DNA of 64,000 nucleotides from Nitrospirales bacterium (GTDB lineage Bacteria; Nitrospirota; Nitrospiria; Nitrospirales; UBA8639): NCBI GenBank assembly GCA_965203295.1, contig CBDBCZ010000017.1, positions 800,001 to 864,000 of the forward strand, read 5' to 3'. Shown piece by piece: positions 45,660 to 64,000 of this stretch (position 1 is its first letter; each line of letters starts with the position of its first letter). The notes under the pieces were generated by a model. It saw only the letters and a program-made list of their open reading frames with translations, ran no database searches and was not told where the DNA came from. The position numbers and the translations under genes were made by a program.

Positions 45660-47394
45660 CTTGACGTTTTTGGAGTGATGTTCTGGGCTGTTCGTAGCAA
45701 TCGGCAATGAAGAGAAAACTGAAGTGATTTGCAAGGAAAGTAGCCTGCTTATTTATACCACCACGAAGGCACGACCTCAAGAACTACGCCTAGTGTAAGG
45801 ATGTTTTCCAAGTAATTGTGCAAGGCCAAGTTTTCCAGGAATCACGGACATGATCTATACAGGTTACGCTGCCAATTCTATTTGTAAAGATGCTTTCAAG
45901 AGAGTAATATAGCTGTACCCAGTGGGAGGGAGATCACGCCAAACCAGCTGTTAATTGATAGCTGATGAATAATTGTGAAAAGGTGCTATACAGATCACAT
46001 CCTGGTTTCCTTCCACTTTGGAAAAGAGGGTTATGAAAGATGAATGCTGTTTCCTTCTTCCTGAGCATGGGTTAAAGTACATTAGAGGTTCACATGTATG
46101 ATCTATACAGGATTTCTTTCAGGTGAGTAGTATAGCAGGAAGGAAGCCACACCAAACCAACTGTTAATTGATAGCTGATGAATAGTTATGAAAAGGTGCT
46201 ATAGAAATCATTTCCTGGTTTCCTTCCACTTTGGAAAAGCTATTTCCTTCTTTGTGTGGGCAGAGTACGATGTCCTACAAGACCAGTGTAGTCAGAGATC
46301 ATCATCACAACACCTCCACATGATCACAACACTTCTGCTGGGTTCCTCAATAGTTGTGTAGAAAGTGTGTTGCGCCCACTCATTGATAGCTGTGTACATG
46401 CCTTGGTTTGGAGGTACATGTATGTATGGTGACCTTCACCATAGACCAATATAGCTATTCCAATACTCTCCAGGGCCGAATAGCAAAATATTACGTAGAA
46501 ATCCTCTCTTTTAGCTTATTCACTGTAGCTACACCACATTGTGCATCCATTTTCTTTAGTGAGAACAGTCCTTCTGCTTTTAGAGAAGTTTAAACAGGAC
46601 TTCAGTCACTGTTTTTGTTGTTTCTTTGCCGAAGTACTGCACTGTTTCGCACAATGTTTTTATCATCCATCTATACTTTTTGACGTCAAACATCTACCCC
46701 AACATCATGCATACATGGTAAAATCGACCAGGCTCCCCCTGCATGCCCCTGCCTAGCAACTTCTGTTTATTTGTGTGAGTGCATGCATGGGGGAGTGGGG
46801 GAGCCTGGGAATGGGGCTTCAGTGTGTTGTTCTTATATATTAGGCATGAATGTGGAGTAATAATATATAACTGTGTCTGTGCATGGCTGGAAAAAAAGAT
46901 GTACATGTAGCATGTGTTACTCCCCTATCTGTATATAGTTCTATATATATCTCCCCCTTGCAGGTCCCTCCCAGCTCGTTCCAGAGAGGGGTCCCTGGAA
47001 CGTTTAATGAACTGGCAACTTCAAAATGTGTAGTAAATAAAAATATATATTCACCCCACTGTGCCACACTCATGTATCAGTGCGTACATTGGGGTGCAGT
47101 GTTGTAAACAACTAAATGTACATTGTAGCATGCAGTAGAGACATTTGCATTTGTGATCTGTCATTGCCCTGTAATTGTAAACTGTCTCCAATACTAACAT
47201 GGAGGTGTTGCAATGATTTTCAGTATAATATATTGCCAAGCCTCAGATACAGGCTAGAATGTATAAAAATAAATTTGAATATTGCCTGATGGTCCCTGAG
47301 GTTTTTCAGTGGCTATAGACTGGTCTTGTAAGACTGTGCATGTGCTCTGCCCACATGCAGGAAGAAGGAAACAGAACCAGGACGTGGTCTCTAG

Positions 47395-47474
47395 TAGCCT
47401 CGGTCCCAGGCTCTCACTCCGCTTTTCGTACTGCAAGCGACGAAAAGCTGGATGAGAGCCTGGGACCGAGGCTA
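47395..47474. mobile_element. TAGCC...GGCTA MITE
   Basis: 9-bp TSD ggtctctag. Confidence 0.85.
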
Positions 47475-47765
47475 GGTCTCTAGTGCCCTTTTCACAACTA
47501 TTCATCAACCAACAGCTGGTTTGGTGTGGCTTTCTTCCTGCTGGGAGCAGCTATACATGTACTAATCTCCTGAAAGCATCCATACATGCAATTGGCAACA
47601 TATATAAGGTCATATCAGTGATTCCTGGAAAACTCTGATGTAAGTACATTAAAATCTTCCTTGGTATAGACTGCATGGTCTTGCAGGATGGTAATCTGAC
47701 CACAGGAAGAAGGAAACAGCATTCCTTTTCTAAACCCACTTTTCCAAAGTGGAAGGAAACCAGGA

Positions 47766-50529
47766 CAGTCGTTCCGCAAGTGACACGTATACGGGGATTA
47801 TTGAAAAAACAGGAAGTTAGAACGTAAGCGCATTCCAATGTTTAATTAGCGGCACTATAGCTTCCGGTGTGTTTGCAAGACCTAGTACCACGAAGTCAGC
47901 AGCTGGACGCGCCTGGTTTGCCAGCGGTTTTATAGGCCTATACCTCTGCTATTTACATCCCACGTCTCAAGTTGCAGGCGCTTACCGCTTGGCCTACAGA
48001 AGCCGTTTTGTACGGGCGGTTCGATCGTGCTTCGCGCGAGAGGGGTGCGGTTTTTCTTAGTACATTTTTGTTCGCCCCTCCCTGAGCTGCACAAAACTGG
48101 TACCATTCGAAAGCACTGGAATAGGGCTACAGAATACGCGAAAACTGGATATGTACCGGAGGCAGGCTCCGAGATACGCGCGCTGGTATGCGGACTGAAA
48201 AATTGCAAATTCCTAGTACCACGTGGTGCAAGACAGTGGCTTCTAACCAAGAGTGCAACTGGAAGAGTCATGTCAGGGCACTCAGAACTGCTGGGCTTTG
48301 TGTCATGAACGTCTGAAAGGCATACACAACCATCCTGGGCAGTGAAACTGTGGTACAGTGCCATCCTCACTTAGGCTACTTGATATGCAAATAATGCAAG
48401 GGCTAGCAAGGCTGATATAGCTAAACTAAGGGGCCTGAAAATAAATGGGTAAAGCAAGAGATAGGCCTACAGAAGAAAAGAACCATGGAAGTTGCTGTGT
48501 ATCTGGGTGTAGTCATGTAAGTGCTGCACATATTGACACTGTGTATTAAACGATGGGGAGTGGTTGGGCAGGACTCGTGTCCCTCAGTGTATCAGTAGTT
48601 ACCATGGCATCAGCAGGGGCACTGGTCTCATGCAAACTATGATGCAGGCTATATGGTAACTATATTACACTGAGGCATGGGGATAGAGGCCAGGGCTTCT
48701 AGGTGTTAACAAGCTGAGAGATCCACTCTAGTAAGGAGGTTGGTCGTTACTAAAACCCGGGACGGGACGGGCCAGTGACGGAATATTCCGTCCCGTCCCG
48801 GCTGCTAAAACACAGGATGAGACACACACACAAGCTGCTATCAGTGGATGACTATAGGTTATCTATGGGATGAGTGGCTGTTGCACGCTGCTGCAGCCCT
48901 CCAGCATGCAGTTTGTTGCTGGTGAGTCTGCTGCTTTCGCCGTACGCAGTAGTCTGGTCACGAGACTACGTAAAACTTACGCAGTGAGGCACTGACGATA
49001 CAGTGCATTACAGTGACAAAACATGCTGCCTGAAGACACTCGATCATGCCTGGCAACCTTACTGTTTCTCAAGCAACAGTTTAATACTGTCTTTGTTACC
49101 ATGTCGATATTTTTTTTAATATAATAGTCTCTTCCGCGCCCGAGAGAGTCTAGCTCGAGAGTTATGTTTCTAGATTTGCAACTCAGAGTTTAACCAAACT
49201 CACCAGCAACAAACTAGGGGTTTGTAGCAGTGTACAAAAGTCACACAGCTTCTGTTTTGTTCCGCGTGTCCGCATCGTCCTGTGTTTTAGCAGCCGGGAC
49301 CGTCTTGTCCCGGGTTTTAGCAACGACCAGGAGGTTGTGTTAACAAACTTGGCAATGGCAGATGAATATGTGGGCCCTACTACTTTCAGAATAATCAAGT
49401 CACCGCTTCCCACAAATCTGGCTAGCACAATCAATGTAGTCATGGAACCTCTCATAAAGTCTGGCGTTAATACCTCTCGCGAAAAACGGAGGGTCTGGTA
49501 CAGACACTGTATTGGATTTATCTGTTAATTTGGAATGTGAATGCTATATGACGAATTAAGGAGATCCTTCAGTGCACCTACAATCTGATTGGTCGGACTG
49601 TACATGTACCTTTGCCGACGTTCTATGTCATCTTTTTATGATGCTTTACACTGAGACAGGCAAATCCAATACGGCGTCTGTACCAGACCCTCCGATTTTT
49701 GCGAGGGGCTGTCTACACCATGCAGTCTACCTTTCATGGTACTGCTGCAATCTAGCTTAGTAGCCCTGTAGCTGCAGCTACCAGCTCACAGCTGTTACAC
49801 TACACCCAGGTACATTGTACACAGCAACTTCCATGTTTCTTTTCTCTGTAGGCCTATCTCTTGCTTTAAGCATCTATTTTAGTTTATATCAGCCTTGCTA
49901 GACCTTGCATATCAAAGTAGCTGAAGTGAGGATGGCACTGTACCACAGTTTCACTGCCCAGGATGGTTGTGTATGCCTTTCAGACGTTCATGACACAAAG
50001 CCCAGCAGTTCTGAGTGCCCTAACATGACTTCTCCAGTTGCACTCTTGGTTAGAAGCCACTGTCTTGCACCACGTGGTACTAGGAATTTGCAATTTTTCA
50101 GTCCGCATACCAGCGCGCGTATCTCGGAGACTGCCTCCGGTACATATCCAGTTTTCGCATATTCTGTAGCCCTATTCCAGTGCTTTCGAATGGTACCAGT
50201 TTTGTGCAGCTCAGGGGGGGCGAACAAAAATGTACTAAGAAAAACCGCACCCCTCTCGCGCGAAGCACGATCGAACCGCCCGTACAAAACGGCTTCTGTA
50301 GGCCAAGCGGTAAGCGCCTGAAACTTGAGACGTGGGATGTGAATAGCAGAGGTATAGGCCTATAAAACCGCTGGCAAACCAGGCGCGTCCAGCTGCTGAC
50401 TTCGTGGTACTAGGTCTTGCAAACACACCGGAAGCTATAGTGCCGTTAATTAAACGCTGGAATTTTCTTACGTATACACTTTCCGTTTCTTCAATAATTG
50501 TCCGTATACTGCCATCTGCGGTACGACTG
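47766..50529. mobile_element. 2.76-kb non-autonomous DNA transposon with ~750-bp TIRs and 4-bp TSD
   Basis: 47766-~48518 is the reverse complement of ~49795-50529. Termini CAGTCG...CGACTG, TSD AGGA. An empty-site homolog lies at 45991-46010. Confidence 0.85.
48741..49329. mobile_element. Nested TIR element with 6-bp TSD
   Basis: tggtcgttactaaaacccgggac ... gtcccgggttttagcaacgacca, TSD ggaggt. Confidence 0.8.
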
Positions 50530-51330
50530 AGGATGTGATCTGTACAGTGCCTTTCACAACTATTCATCAGTTGTCACTGGTTTGCTGTGACCTCCTGCTG
50601 GGTACAGCAATTCTATACTCTCCTGAAAGCATGTTTATGCATATAATTGGCAAAGTAATATTTGTGATTCCTGCATGGGAAATTGGGCCTTAGCTACTTG
50701 GAAAACTATGTTTACACTATAATTATAATAATAATTATTATGTTATAGGTAGATCAAAATTTGGTACATGTAGCATGCAATCAGCCATGCATGCAAGCAC
50801 ACTTAGAAATAACCCAAAATCGTTAAGTTACATCTGGGGGTCTCATAACGCAAAGTATGTATGACTTCAACAAACACTGTCTTCCTTTGCAAATGGGTGT
50901 GACTGTGCAGCTGGAGAACTTCCTGGTCCCATGTTCGCTATATAGCTAGCCTCCACCCATGCCGCTTTTTGTCTATACGTAGGCATGTGTATGCTAATTT
51001 TAAGCAATACTGCATGCATATAAGGGGAAATAATTATAGTAGGCATGCCACCAACATGTGTCCTGTTCTGTGTATACATTACCATGCATGTACATGCACT
51101 CCAAGGCGAATCCTGACTGTTATGCGGGAAATTATATTCTACAGGTTTCCAGCATCGATCTCCTGAAAGGTGGTCACAGCAATTTTCATTTCAAAGCTCT
51201 TTGGAGGGGTAGGAGCATTAACAATCTCACTGAACTGTGACAGTACCGAAAATGCAATTTCCAGCATTTCCATAAAATGACAGAGTGCACGTGCATGTTG
51301 TGAGCTTGAACTTGAATTACGGCTCTAGCT

Positions 51331-51407
51331 TAGCCTCGAACCCAGCCGTCCCAGCTTTTTTTCCGCTTGCAAGCGAAAAAAAGCTGGGACGGCTGGGTTC
51401 GAGGCTA
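51331..51407. mobile_element. TAGCC...GGCTA MITE
   Basis: 9-bp TSD gctctagct. Confidence 0.85.
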
Positions 51408-52488
51408 GCTCTAGCTATAATTATCCATGTAGGGATAGCAGGTTGATGTATACAGTTTGAAACTAAGCATGCAAGATATCAATCAATACTTTACTTTTAC
51501 TGCTGTGTGTGCGTAACGGACGTGGCGTGCACTAATGACACTCGAATGCGCGAGAAGACCGTGACGTCATCATTTGTTCATAGCTAATTAGTACTTTGAC
51601 CGCTGCATGCGTTGGGATGACTTCGACCGCTAGCGCTGGGTGCGTTGGGATGCTCTGACAGCCGACGGTATTATCATGATGGCCTCTTCGAGCGCGCTCT
51701 ATTGCGAAGGTTAGTGGCTGTATAGTCCTGTAAGTGCAAACCATGCACAGCTGTAACTGCTACACTACAGACAAACTACGACGGTGTGCATTAAGTGGAG
51801 TCAGTTCCATTCGCCTACATGTGCTGATGTCGGTATGGTTTTGTAATTGTTTGCAGTCTCTCCTTTGAGTTACTGCCTCCACATGGCTCAGGTAGAAAAG
51901 CTGTCAAACTCTCGATCAGGCTACTGCCACTGGCAGATGCTCCACATTCCATATGATAGCTATACTACATGGACATTACATAATACATGTCTGCTTTGGC
52001 CAAAATGTAGTGTGCACGCATACTATATACTTACCCCCCACTGTGATGAGTCAATTTTCAACACTGACATGTGGCTTAGTCAAAAGCACTGCTTCATTGA
52101 CAGAAGATGCTATACTGTTCCATGCAAATCACATAGAGGTCACAGTTTTCACTTCTATCTTTACAGAGTGAGTGAGTTGAACACACACAAGTACTTGCGC
52201 GAGCGAAGCGAGCGCAAGTACTTGTATAATTATGTACATATGTCTATCATGGCAACAGATTTACAGCAATGCTACAAACTTGCATGGATTGAGGCTGACC
52301 ATCAAAATTTGTTGCTGAACAGTTTAGCTATACAGCTAGCCATATGCATGGAAGTGGTTGAAGGTAAAAAATTCATTATTAATTACACCAATATACATAC
52401 TATGAAATCTAAATGTACAAGGAGTCGACATATTGGTTAAAAGCTATAAGTATACGAAGAGTGTAGCACGGCTCTAGGTACAAGCAGA

Positions 52489-64000
<11,512 letters not shown>

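Noticed and set aside
47869..50567. Mirror-image ORFs 47930-48370 and 49905-50321 as a duplicated gene
   Set aside because: They lie in the two TIR arms of one transposon, differ by a frameshift, and show no recognisable domain.

Overview
Eukaryotic, intron-rich animal genomic DNA, most likely a demosponge (inferred from gene content, the TACATGTA-rich introns and the repeat families; not proven). Left to right: (1) a head-to-head pair of nearly intronless all-helical genes (3477-4553 minus, 358 aa; 4984-7374 plus, 481 aa). They share a C-terminal motif, each has a central hydrophobic glycine-rich segment, and they share a 430-bp bidirectional promoter with a duplicated 27-bp kappaB-like element. 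A decayed third copy follows at about 8.2-8.75 kb. This is my best candidate for an undescribed system: an inducible two-component ClyA/Hbl/YaxAB-like pore-forming effector (inference). (2) Rab21, 6 exons, minus. (3) Cortactin, 16 exons, minus, with a nested antisense orphan gene and a candidate hydrophobic cassette exon. (4) Three lineage-specific membrane or secreted genes at 37.6-45.7 kb. (5) The 3' half of an ABCB1/MDR transporter, minus, apparently damaged by a MITE. It also carries a 12x tandem array of one splice donor and an orphan integrin-beta exon in an intron. Introns and intergenic DNA are dense in non-autonomous DNA transposons (AcademH-like, hAT-like, Kolobok-like, piggyBac-like, Harbinger-like, Tc1/mariner-like), Penelope-type hammerhead motifs and minisatellites. 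Exon coordinates were read by hand and checked for GT/AG boundaries and phase. No database searches were run.
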